NCBI GenBank assembly: GCA_014381925.1
Contig: JACNKR010000048.1
Coordinates: forward strand, 313-64,312
DNA: 64,000 nucleotides
Direction of reading: 5' to 3'
DNA from: Fidelibacterota bacterium
GTDB lineage: Bacteria > Fidelibacterota > Marinisomatia > SCGC-AAA003-L08 > GCA-2689995
The position numbers and the translations under genes were made by a program. The notes below the pieces were generated by a model. That model made no database searches. It saw nothing but the letters and a program-made list of their open reading frames with translations, and was not told the DNA's origin. The first letter of the stretch is position 1. Each line of letters opens with the position of its first letter. Of this stretch, positions 1 through 9,119 are shown piece by piece.

Positions 1-2
1 TT

Positions 3-431
3 TTACTTTCAGGAAGCATTTCATCATTCACTGCCTCGGACAAAGCAGAAGTTGCTTTTCCGTTCTATATAGTACATGGGAGCGACAGGTATAAACAATA
101 CACCGTTGGTTCCCATTATCGATACTTTTTAGGTAAACATCGTAAAGGCTTCTACATAAGCAGTGGAATACGACTAACTCACATTGAAGGTGAGAAACGC
201 TCATATTGGTATTCATATGAAACAGATGATGGCCTCGTATCCGATGATAAAATCGGTTTGACCTTTGGAATTGGATACCGGAAGTATGGCTACAATGGGT
301 GGTACTGGGGAATGAGCTTATTTGGTGGGCGGTACTTAGAATCTAAAGATTTAGGACTCAGTGGTGCTTGGTTAAGTGATGGAAAATTAATTCTTGATAT
401 GGAAATACTAAAAATCGGGAAGATGTTCTAA
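3..431 (+). CDS. 5'-truncated outer-membrane beta-barrel-like protein (C-terminal part; missed by the ORF track)
   Basis: Frame 3 is open from the window edge to TAA at 429-431 and reads ...HYRYFLGKHRKGFYISSGIRL...IGLTFGIGYRKYGYNGWYWGMSLFGGRY...LKIGKMF*. It has alternating aromatic/Gly strands and a terminal Phe. Confidence 0.7.
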   Translation, partial: LLSGSISSFTASDKAEVAFPFYIVHGSDRYKQYTVGSHYRYFLGKHRKGFYISSGIRLTHIEGEKRSYWYSYETDDGLVSDDKIGLTFGIGYRKYGYNGWYWGMSLFGGRYLESKDLGLSGAWLSDGKLILDMEILKIGKMF

Positions 432-673
432 GTCTTCTCCAAAGGAAAACTGGCTAACATGCAAACGTAAACTACATAAACCTATTTCTGTTGTATGATA
501 ATTCATTAAAAACTCTAAGATTCTAACCTCTTTATTATTCAAAAAATAAATTTACAGATATTTTTTCCTAGGCAATTTTATTATTTTTCATGAAATACTT
601 CTGTAATTTATAAAAATTTATTTATTTTTATTTAATTTTAATTATTATCTACTTTTTCCCATTATTAACATTA

Positions 674-700
674 TTCATTCCTATTTTTAGTTACCGATAT
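674..700 (+). promoter_or_regulatory. Possible sigma28 (FliA/SigD)-type promoter of flagellin
   Basis: ACCGATAT at 693-700 is 1 mismatch from the -10 consensus GCCGATAT. The -35 is weak: TTCA at 674-677 with a 15-nt spacer, versus consensus TAAA. Confidence 0.4.
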
Positions 701-743
701 ATTAATTAGGTTCAATTTTATATTCCGAACCTGAATTTGAAAC

Positions 744-784
744 AAGAGCACGGAAGCTCTTTTAATTAAAAATAACACGGAGGT
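744..784 (+). promoter_or_regulatory. Two CsrA/RsmA-type binding sites in the flagellin leader
   Basis: Perfect hairpin AAGAGC-ACGGAA-GCTCTT (744-761) with ANGGA in a hexaloop. A second site, AC-ACGGAG-GT (775-784), overlaps the Shine-Dalgarno. Confidence 0.65.
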
Positions 785-790
785 AATTAC

Positions 791-1702
791 ATGTTTGGTG
801 ATGTAACAAGAGTTGGAGCAAATTTTCATGCAATGGAAGCTTGGTCTAACCTTAAAAAAGTAAATGGTAGTATAGGACAAATTCAATCAAGACTTTCATC
901 TGGTAAGCGAATTAATTCAGCTGAAGATGATACTTCAGGATACGCTTTATCGAAGCACCTTGAAAGTCGTACAAGAGGATTAAGTCAAGCATTAGACAAT
1001 GTTGGTACAGCTAAAAATGTATTAAATATTGCAGAAGGTGGATTTCAATCTCAAATGACTATACTTCAAACTGTAAAAGAAAAGCTAACTCAAGCTGCGG
1101 ATGGTTCATTAAGTGATGCACAAAGAGGTGCAATTGGTGACCAAATTAATGTTTTATTAACCGAATTTGATGATATTAATAGTGATACAAAATTCAATGA
1201 TAACGCACTTATGGGTGGCGGTGACGGTAATAGTGACGCATCAATCCAATTTCATGTTGGTGAAGGAAATGGTGATACACTAACCGTAACTTTTGATAAT
1301 TCATATAGACGAGATGTTGGTGAATCTTCAACTGCTGTTGATTTAGATGATATTGTAGATGGTACAGGTGGAACATCAAATTCAGCTGCATTAACTACAG
1401 CATGGGCAGCTTTAGATCAAACAGAAGCAACCGCTGGAATAGCAATTGCTGATAGTGCAATTAAAGCATTGGCTAAATCAATCCAAAATGTGGGTGATTA
1501 TAATGCTCGATTTTCTTCAAAAGAAGAATCACTTTCATTAGCAGTTTCTAACACTGAAGCAACTCGAAGTCGTATTGAAGACGCTGATTTTGCAAAAGAA
1601 CAAATGGCAATGATGAAGTTACAGATATTACAACAAACATCGATGTCTTCTTTTTCACAAGCTAACTCAGCACCTCAAATGGTATTATCTTTATTTAGAT
1701 AA
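791..1702 (+). CDS. fliC: Flagellin
   Basis: N-terminal RLSSGKRINSAEDD...NIAEGG and C-terminal SRIEDADFAKE...QILQQ...QANSAPQMVLSLF; short variable middle region; GGAGG SD. Confidence 0.95.
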   Translation: MFGDVTRVGANFHAMEAWSNLKKVNGSIGQIQSRLSSGKRINSAEDDTSGYALSKHLESRTRGLSQALDNVGTAKNVLNIAEGGFQSQMTILQTVKEKLTQAADGSLSDAQRGAIGDQINVLLTEFDDINSDTKFNDNALMGGGDGNSDASIQFHVGEGNGDTLTVTFDNSYRRDVGESSTAVDLDDIVDGTGGTSNSAALTTAWAALDQTEATAGIAIADSAIKALAKSIQNVGDYNARFSSKEESLSLAVSNTEATRSRIEDADFAKEQMAMMKLQILQQTSMSSFSQANSAPQMVLSLFR

Positions 1703-1728
1703 TTCTAAATTCTAATTCATTAGATATT

Positions 1729-1756
1729 AAAGGGGATATTTTTTATCCCCTTTTTT
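1729..1756 (+). terminator. Intrinsic terminator after flagellin
   Basis: AAAGGGGATA-TTTTT-TATCCCCTTT stem followed by a T tract. Confidence 0.85.
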
Positions 1757-1836
1757 ATTTTAAAGAAACATTTTAATCTGAAATTCTACATATCATAAAT
1801 GAATTATATTTCCACTTCAGGAAACAATATATTTTA

Positions 1837-3867
1837 TTGAAGAAAATTAACATTAAATCAATTATACACTTTTGGATTTTCATTTTAGTAATTCATTTTA
1901 ACTTATTTGGTAAAAATTTATTAGTCCAATTTCAACCCGATTATAAAAATAAAAATATTAATGAATTAAGAGAGCTAATATCTATTCCTTCAGATTATCA
2001 GTTTCAAAAATGGATACCTTGCTCAACCTCAGATGATTTTATTAATCAATCTTATCTTCAATTAATATATAGAATTTCATCACCAAAGTTAAATTCAAAT
2101 CAAATTCAAACATTATTAATTCAGCTTCGTCAAAATTCTCATATTAGAATTGTTGAAATTGAAAATATACATCAAATTCATTTTACACCTAATGATCCTG
2201 AATATTCAAACCAATGGTATTTAGATCAAATAAATTATCCTGAAGCATTAAATCAATGGAATATTCCAAATGGAATTACCCCCCAAACTGATAATATATT
2301 ATTTGTACCTATTGATACTGGTGTAGATTGGACCCATTCTGACTTGATTACAAATATTTGGCAAAATTTAGATGAAGATGCGGATAATGATGGAAGAACA
2401 ATTGAATGTGATGGAAGCATGTCTGGAAATATGTGTAATGGAAATTGGATTTTGGACCCGGATGATTTAAATGGAATTGATGATGATGATTGGGATTTGA
2501 ATCCCGAAACTTATATTGATGATTTAATTGGTTGGGATTTTGTTGGAGATTCTGGAATTGCAGATAATAATCCAAAACCAATATTAAATGAACCGTTTTT
2601 TTCAGGGTGGAATCATGGAACACATGTTGCTGGGTTATTAACTGCGTCAACAAATAATGAGATAGGTATATCATCTGCAACATTTAATGGAAACTTAATG
2701 GCAATAAAATGTACAAAAGAAAGTGATGGAAATACGCTTACAATTAATGAAGGGTTTAGTGCAATTTTATATGCTTCAAAAAAAGGATATTACAGTAATT
2801 TAAAAACCATTATTAACACATCTTGGGGAGGTGAATTTTATTCTAATTTAGAAAATGATGTGATACTCGTTGCAACGGAATCTTATGATGCAATAATTGT
2901 GGCTTCAGCAGGGAATGGGCAAAATAATATGCAGATTAACGCACCAACTTATCCTGCATCATATGACCCCGTCATTTCTGTCGCTCCATTAGGAGTAAAT
3001 GATATATGGAATAATTGGGCAAACTACCATCACACAATTGATATCTCTACTCCGGGTGAAAATATTTTTTCAACTATTATAAATAATCAATATGCTAATT
3101 TCACAGGTTCATCTCAGGCCAGCCCAATTGTTGCTTCCTCTATTGGATTACTTTCATCATTCCATCCCGAATATCAAACTGAACAATTAATTAAAATGAT
3201 TATTGAGACATCCAATGCCAATATATATCAAATTAATTCTCAGGAATATTTACAGGGGAATTTAGGCTATGGAAGATTAGACATCGAATCCGCTTTAATT
3301 ACACCCTTATTTCCTGAATTATCTATTTCACTAAATACAATAAATATTATAAATGATTTTGACGGAATTGCAAGTGCGGGAGATACAATTGAGATTACAA
3401 TAAATATACAAAATTCAGTATTTTGGGGTAATGCAGATAGTATAATAATATCACCATTTGTAACTCATCCTGAAATCACGATTGATTCCAATGAAATTTT
3501 AATTCCACAATTAAATTCAGGAGAATCTATTTCATTATCTAATAATACTATAATGATAAACTATTCACCGAGCATGACATCCGGTATTTATTATTTATAT
3601 TTTAATGTAAATGCAAACCAACATTTACCGGGAATCCCATTTGAAACAATTCTATCAATACCATTATTTATTTATGATTTTATTTATTATGGAGATGTGA
3701 ATGAAGATCAACGAATAGATATTATGGATGCATTGATTACGCAAGAAATTATTTTTGATAACCTGCCAGCAGAAGCATATTCTTGGTCAAATGCTAATTT
3801 AAATTTCGATGATTCATTAAATATAATTGATGTTATCCTCATAATTAATAAAATATTAACTGATTAA
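1837..3867 (+). CDS. Secreted S8 (subtilisin-like) serine peptidase with C-terminal dockerin-like domain
   Basis: Signal peptide; IDTG, HGTHVAG, ASAGN and GSSQASP catalytic motifs; C-terminal paired GDVNEDQRIDIMD / NLNFDDSLNIIDV. Confidence 0.9.
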   Translation: MKKINIKSIIHFWIFILVIHFNLFGKNLLVQFQPDYKNKNINELRELISIPSDYQFQKWIPCSTSDDFINQSYLQLIYRISSPKLNSNQIQTLLIQLRQNSHIRIVEIENIHQIHFTPNDPEYSNQWYLDQINYPEALNQWNIPNGITPQTDNILFVPIDTGVDWTHSDLITNIWQNLDEDADNDGRTIECDGSMSGNMCNGNWILDPDDLNGIDDDDWDLNPETYIDDLIGWDFVGDSGIADNNPKPILNEPFFSGWNHGTHVAGLLTASTNNEIGISSATFNGNLMAIKCTKESDGNTLTINEGFSAILYASKKGYYSNLKTIINTSWGGEFYSNLENDVILVATESYDAIIVASAGNGQNNMQINAPTYPASYDPVISVAPLGVNDIWNNWANYHHTIDISTPGENIFSTIINNQYANFTGSSQASPIVASSIGLLSSFHPEYQTEQLIKMIIETSNANIYQINSQEYLQGNLGYGRLDIESALITPLFPELSISLNTINIINDFDGIASAGDTIEITINIQNSVFWGNADSIIISPFVTHPEITIDSNEILIPQLNSGESISLSNNTIMINYSPSMTSGIYYLYFNVNANQHLPGIPFETILSIPLFIYDFIYYGDVNEDQRIDIMDALITQEIIFDNLPAEAYSWSNANLNFDDSLNIIDVILIINKILTD

Positions 3868-3870
3868 TTC

Positions 3871-4125
3871 GTGGAATTTTATTTATTCGGAATATTTTTA
3901 TTATTATTTGGAGGATATTCTTTGTTTTTATATATAAAGCAAATTTTAAACGATAAAAATAGAGTAGTTTCAGCCAAAATTAAAATGTATCGTCTTAAAA
4001 TTTGTGCTGATTGTGAGCATATTAGATTAAAAAATACGATGTATAAAAGATGTCATAAGTGTGGCTGTTTTTTAAGTGCTAAATCAAAGTTACTAAACCA
4101 AAAATGCCCTATTGATAAGTGGTAA
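3871..4125 (+). CDS. Small membrane-anchored Cys-rich protein (DUF6171-like putative metal-binding domain)
   Basis: N-terminal TM helix, then RLKICADC...CHKCGCFL.AK......CPIDKW. Confidence 0.7.
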   Translation: MEFYLFGIFLLLFGGYSLFLYIKQILNDKNRVVSAKIKMYRLKICADCEHIRLKNTMYKRCHKCGCFLSAKSKLLNQKCPIDKW

Positions 4126-4291
4126 ATAGGAAGCAATACTATAAATAAACAAAAAAAGTCTCATACAATAGGGCTTAACAAATTCTCTAAAAATCGCACT
4201 CATGGTATTATTCCCTTGTATTTCAGATAATTCGACAAAAGCTATAAATGTTGGTGAATGATCTCTGGTTTTTTATATTAGATTTTAGGAA

Positions 4292-5470
4292 ATGATTTTA
4301 ACATATATTAAATTACTTTGTATGGAAACAAAAAAAATATTGTTTATTGGTCATATTTCATGTACAGGGTGTACAAATTCAGAAGCCTGCAATTACGATT
4401 CATTAGCTAGTATTGATGATGGAAGTTGCATATCTAAACAAACATATTACTTAGATGCTGATGGTGATGGATATGGTTGTCCATCTACTGAGATACAATT
4501 ATGTTGGGATAATCCCGCAGTTAGTAATGGTACATATGTTTCCGAAATAGGTATCGAAACTGAAGAAAACTGCTTATGTGATGGGGCAATAGATGATTGT
4601 GGTGTATGTAATGGGAGTAATACATGTTATGGTTGTACAGATCCTGATGCAGTAAATTATAATGCAAATTACACCATAGATGATGGCAACTGCATATATG
4701 CGAATGATATTATAAATACTTTTGTAGATGAGGCTTTAGTTGCACAGCAAGGTAATACATCAACCACTAATCTCGGCGGAACTCCAGTTGCTATATTTAC
4801 CCATCAATCGGGGTATGAATATGAATCAGCAGATGATTTTAATGTCGATTTAGAAACCTATTACACTGATGGTTCGTTAGATGATTGGTTAGTAGCAAAT
4901 ATAACAGATCAATCAGAAGCAGATGCATATTTAAATGACTTTTTAGAACAATATGGTGGAACTGATTTAGGAGGGTTTATATATAATATCAATGGACCAT
5001 TCAGTTCATCAGGTGGAATTCAAAATTATTATTTAATTTCATACCCATTACAAGAAACTATTCAAATTCATCAATTACAAGATTATTTTAGTATAACATT
5101 TGAAACACAACCATCATCTGATGTGATTAATGCTGATTATGGGCTCGCCGATATACTTTTATTTAGCAACAGCGATTCGACGGTAAGGGCTCGATTTCAA
5201 TGCGAATATAATATTTGTTCAGATGACCCAACTATACCGTGTGGGGCATTTGATATTTGTGGGATGTTAGGAATAGGAAGTTGCATAACTTTAGATAATT
5301 TATCTGCAGAATTATTACCAAATTGTTGGATCGTGCAAGATTTTAACTCTAATGAGATTATAGAAAACTTTGAAATCCAACAAGGAACTGCATTTAGATT
5401 TTTACCAGCAGCAACAAGTCAAAGAGAAGAAAGTGGGAATTATGGACAATTTAATTTTACAGATGTATAA
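4292..5470 (+). CDS. Acidic Cys-rich repeat protein (GCT..A.NY..DDG.C repeats); start uncertain
   Basis: GCTNSEACNYD..DDGSC, YYLDADGDGYG, DDCGVCNG, GCTDPDAVNYN..DDGNC; no clear signal peptide. Confidence 0.65.
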   Translation: MILTYIKLLCMETKKILFIGHISCTGCTNSEACNYDSLASIDDGSCISKQTYYLDADGDGYGCPSTEIQLCWDNPAVSNGTYVSEIGIETEENCLCDGAIDDCGVCNGSNTCYGCTDPDAVNYNANYTIDDGNCIYANDIINTFVDEALVAQQGNTSTTNLGGTPVAIFTHQSGYEYESADDFNVDLETYYTDGSLDDWLVANITDQSEADAYLNDFLEQYGGTDLGGFIYNINGPFSSSGGIQNYYLISYPLQETIQIHQLQDYFSITFETQPSSDVINADYGLADILLFSNSDSTVRARFQCEYNICSDDPTIPCGAFDICGMLGIGSCITLDNLSAELLPNCWIVQDFNSNEIIENFEIQQGTAFRFLPAATSQREESGNYGQFNFTDV

Positions 5471-5516
5471 TGAAATGTTATTTTTTAATATTTATATAAA
5501 AATAGGAACACTATAA

Positions 5517-6110
5517 ATGGCATCTATTAGTTGGAATTTAATTGTAATTGATCAAACCCCACCCGAATGTGATATAACTTCGGGTTTACCTCAAGGATCA
5601 AATTTTGGGTCAGAGAATTCTGTTGATCCAAATTGGGAAGAGAGCTGGCAATGGACATATTCGTCTAATGTAGCCGGCGGTACTTGTACATCTCCACAAA
5701 CATTTACTTTGGATATAGACGATATAGCTTGTCAAATTGAAGTATTTGATGCCCAATGTTCATTTGGTAATCCATTCGTTTTCTTAAATTCAACCTATAC
5801 CCCGCCATTACTTGGCTGTATGGATGATACCGCTTGTAATTATGATGACACTGCAACTGCTGATGATGAAAGTTGTGAGTATGCTAATGGATATTTTACT
5901 TGTGGATGTTATAATTACCAACAAGGTGATTTTAATTTAGATTGTCAAACAAATATTTTAGATGTTGTAAATATGGTAGAAATGGTAATTCATGAAACGC
6001 CATTTACAGAACAAGAATTAATGATATGCGATATGAATAATGATAATATAATTAATGTAGTTGATTTAGTTATGTTAGTCTCATTTATTATTGGTGCATT
6101 ATTTAAATAA
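5517..6110 (+). CDS. Cys-rich repeat protein with C-terminal dockerin-like domain
   Basis: GCMDDTACNYD..ADDESC; GDFNLDCQTNILDVV / CDMNNDNIINVVDLV; AGGA SD. Confidence 0.75.
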   Translation: MASISWNLIVIDQTPPECDITSGLPQGSNFGSENSVDPNWEESWQWTYSSNVAGGTCTSPQTFTLDIDDIACQIEVFDAQCSFGNPFVFLNSTYTPPLLGCMDDTACNYDDTATADDESCEYANGYFTCGCYNYQQGDFNLDCQTNILDVVNMVEMVIHETPFTEQELMICDMNNDNIINVVDLVMLVSFIIGALFK

Positions 6111-6181
6111 ATCCGCTTTAGCGGTTGGGAATTGCATCTTAAATCAGCTAAATTTTATGCTCAGATTTTACTCAAGTTTTC

Positions 6182-7177
6182 ATGAATCAATCAAAAAATC
6201 CATTATTATCAGTTAAAAATTTAAAGAAATATTTTCCTATCCATAAAGGAATACTTTCTCGTGTTCAGGGGTATGTAAAAGCCGTTGATGATGTTTCATT
6301 TGATATTTTTCAGGGTGAAACATTAGGGCTTGTGGGTGAATCTGGGTGCGGAAAAACAACTGCAGGAAGAACCCTTCTTCGGTTATTAGATCCAACGGGT
6401 GGCACAATTCAATTTAATGGTCAAGATATTACAAATATTAGCCAAAAACAACTGCGACCATTACGAAAAGATATGCAGATTATTTTTCAAGATCCATATA
6501 GTTCTTTAAATCCAAGAATGACTGTTAGATCTATGTTAGCTGAAGCATTAAAATTTCATAAAATTGTAGATAAAAATGAAATAGATAAAGAAGTCTATCG
6601 ATTATTAGATGTTGTTGGTTTACAGAAATCCCAAGCAGATAGATATCCTCATGAATTTTCAGGAGGGCAAAGACAACGTATCGGGATTGCAAGAGCATTA
6701 TCTGTAAGACCAAAACTAATTGTTTGCGATGAAGCTGTTTCTGCCTTAGATGTTTCTATTCAAGCACAGATTATAAATTTATTAAAAGAATTACAACGAG
6801 AGTATAATCTTACCTACCTTTTTATAGCACATGATTTGTCGGTAATTGAATATATTTCAGATAGAGTTGCTGTAATGTATTTAGGAAAAGTAGTTGAAAT
6901 TGCAGAAAGTGATGTATTGTATAATAATCCACAGCATCCTTATACCAAAGCATTATTATCTGCTGTTCCCGTTGCAGACCCCGATAAAAAATCGAATAGA
7001 ATTGTTTTGACTGGAGATGTGCCAAATCCAATTAATGCTCCAAGTGGGTGTACCTTTCATCCGCGGTGCCCAAAAGCAAAAGAATCTTCAGAAATTCCTG
7101 ATCAATGTAAAAATGATATTCCAAAATTAAAACTAACTGGAGAAAATCAATTTACATCCTGTCACTTTGTTGAATAA
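6182..7177 (+). CDS. oppF: Oligopeptide/dipeptide ABC transporter ATP-binding subunit (OppF/AppF type)
   Basis: GESGCGKT, QIIFQDPYSSLNPR, FSGGQRQR, HPYT, GCTFHPRC. Confidence 0.9.
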   Translation: MNQSKNPLLSVKNLKKYFPIHKGILSRVQGYVKAVDDVSFDIFQGETLGLVGESGCGKTTAGRTLLRLLDPTGGTIQFNGQDITNISQKQLRPLRKDMQIIFQDPYSSLNPRMTVRSMLAEALKFHKIVDKNEIDKEVYRLLDVVGLQKSQADRYPHEFSGGQRQRIGIARALSVRPKLIVCDEAVSALDVSIQAQIINLLKELQREYNLTYLFIAHDLSVIEYISDRVAVMYLGKVVEIAESDVLYNNPQHPYTKALLSAVPVADPDKKSNRIVLTGDVPNPINAPSGCTFHPRCPKAKESSEIPDQCKNDIPKLKLTGENQFTSCHFVE

Positions 7178-8475
7178 TGAGCACAGAATTTCGCAAAGTT
7201 GCATTTCATACATTGGGTTGTAAATTAAATTTTTCAGAATCTTCAATGTTAAAAAATTCTATGTTAGAAAAAGGATATCAATCAGTACAATTTAATGATG
7301 GTGCAGATGTTTTTGTTATTAACACATGTTCTGTGACTGAAAATGCAGACAGAGAATGTAGAAAAATTATTCGGCGTGCAAAAAGACTATCCCCAAATTC
7401 CGTTATTGCAGTAATTGGTTGTTATGCTCAGTTAGCCCCTGAAATTATCAGTGAGATTCCAGGTGTGAATTTGGTATTAGGTACAGAAGAAAAATTTAAT
7501 TTATTAGATTATATTAATAAAATACATTCTGAGTCACCTGTGTCTATTTTTAATAGAGAAATTAAACATGTAAAGGAATTTCATCCATCATATTCAAGTG
7601 GTGAACGAACAAGAACATTTTTAAAAGTGCAAGATGGGTGCGACTATTCGTGTACATTTTGCACAATTCCATTAGCAAGAGGGAAAAGTAGGAATCAATC
7701 TATTTCTGAAACTCTAAAAGTTGCACAACAAATTGCAGATAGTGAATATAGAGAAATTGTTTTGACAGGTGTTAATATTGGCGATTTTGGAAAATCTACG
7801 AATGAAAATTTTATAGATTTATTAACAGAATTAGATCAATTAAACGGAATTGATAGAATTAGAATATCTTCAATTGAACCTAATTTATTAACAAATGAAA
7901 TAATTGAATTTGTTGCTAAATCACAAAAAATTATGCCTCATTTCCATATTCCACTCCAATCGGGCTCTGATAAAATTTTAAACTTAATGAAAAGACGATA
8001 TAAACGAAATTTATTTACAGAAAGAATAATTAAAATAAATTCAATTATTCAAAATTGTGGAATAGGGGTTGATGTAATTGTTGGGTTTCCTGGTGAAAAA
8101 GAAGAGGATTTTTTAGAAACATATCATTATTTATCTGAAATAGAAATTTCATATCTTCATGTTTTTACTTATTCTGAAAGACCAGATACGACTGCAATTA
8201 CAATGCCAAATATTGTTCCAAAAGGAGAAAGAGCAGAGAGAAGTAAAATGCTTCATATATTATCAGAAAAGAAAAAAGAGAACTTTTATTTATCTCAAAA
8301 AAATTCAGTAAATGAGGTGCTTTTTGAGTCAGAGTTAAATGGCCAAATTTCGGGGTGGACAAAAAATTATATTCGATTTGCGGGAGATGGTTCAAAGGAG
8401 TTAGAAAATAAAATTTCTAATGTTTATTTAAATTCATTTGAAAATGGGTTAATGAAAGGAAGTATTTCAAATTAA
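7177..8475 (+). CDS. mtaB: tRNA t6A37 methylthiotransferase MtaB (radical SAM)
   Basis: TLGCKLNFSE, NTCSVT, KVQDGCDYSCTFC, RISSIEP, HVFTYSER. Confidence 0.93.
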   Translation: MSTEFRKVAFHTLGCKLNFSESSMLKNSMLEKGYQSVQFNDGADVFVINTCSVTENADRECRKIIRRAKRLSPNSVIAVIGCYAQLAPEIISEIPGVNLVLGTEEKFNLLDYINKIHSESPVSIFNREIKHVKEFHPSYSSGERTRTFLKVQDGCDYSCTFCTIPLARGKSRNQSISETLKVAQQIADSEYREIVLTGVNIGDFGKSTNENFIDLLTELDQLNGIDRIRISSIEPNLLTNEIIEFVAKSQKIMPHFHIPLQSGSDKILNLMKRRYKRNLFTERIIKINSIIQNCGIGVDVIVGFPGEKEEDFLETYHYLSEIEISYLHVFTYSERPDTTAITMPNIVPKGERAERSKMLHILSEKKKENFYLSQKNSVNEVLFESELNGQISGWTKNYIRFAGDGSKELENKISNVYLNSFENGLMKGSISN

Positions 8476-9119
8476 TGCAATCTGAAAAACAGAAAATTGA
8501 ACTTCCTTTTGTTGGAATTGCAGGAAATATTGGTGTAGGCAAAACGACATTTACAGATTTAGTTTCTGAAAAATTTGGATGGGATGCATATTATGAGTCT
8601 GTAATTGACAATCCATATTTAAGTGACTTTTATAGGAATATGAATAGGTGGAGCTTTAATTTACAAATTTTTTTTCTACAACATCGGTTTGCAACTCATA
8701 TGGAAATGAGTGAAAATAAAAATGGGGTTATTCAAGATAGAACAATTTATGAAGATGTGGAAATTTTTGCACGAAATTTATATAAAATGGATTTAATGTC
8801 AAAAAGAGATTGGCAGACTTATAATGATTTATTTAGGAATATGACATCTTTTTTAAAAAAACCTGATTTGATTATCTATTTAAAAGCTTCTACAGATACA
8901 TTAATGTCTAGGATTAATTCGAGAGATAGGGAATTTGAAAGAAATATCGACCCTGAATATTTACATAGTTTAAATATTTCTTATGATAGTTGGATTTCAA
9001 GAATTAAAGATATTCCAGTTTATATTATTGAATCTGATAATTTTAATATTTTTAAAGAACCAAATAAATTAGAGAAATATTGTTCAGATATAAAATTGAA
9101 ATTGGAAATTAAAGGTTGA
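8475..9119 (+). CDS. Deoxynucleoside kinase
   Basis: GNIGVGKTT, NPYLSDFY, QDRTIYED, PDLIIYL. Confidence 0.92.
   Translation: MQSEKQKIELPFVGIAGNIGVGKTTFTDLVSEKFGWDAYYESVIDNPYLSDFYRNMNRWSFNLQIFFLQHRFATHMEMSENKNGVIQDRTIYEDVEIFARNLYKMDLMSKRDWQTYNDLFRNMTSFLKKPDLIIYLKASTDTLMSRINSRDREFERNIDPEYLHSLNISYDSWISRIKDIPVYIIESDNFNIFKEPNKLEKYCSDIKLKLEIKG

Noticed and set aside
28-216. Minus-strand 62-aa ORF
   Set aside because: Shadow of the + strand beta-barrel frame 3-431.
6113-6124. CCGC-TTTA-GCGG mini-hairpin
   Set aside because: The 4-bp stem has no T tract; too weak to call a terminator.
6182-7177. Orphan oppF as a novel system
   Set aside because: Dispersed ABC subunits are common in compact genomes and the protein looks ordinary.
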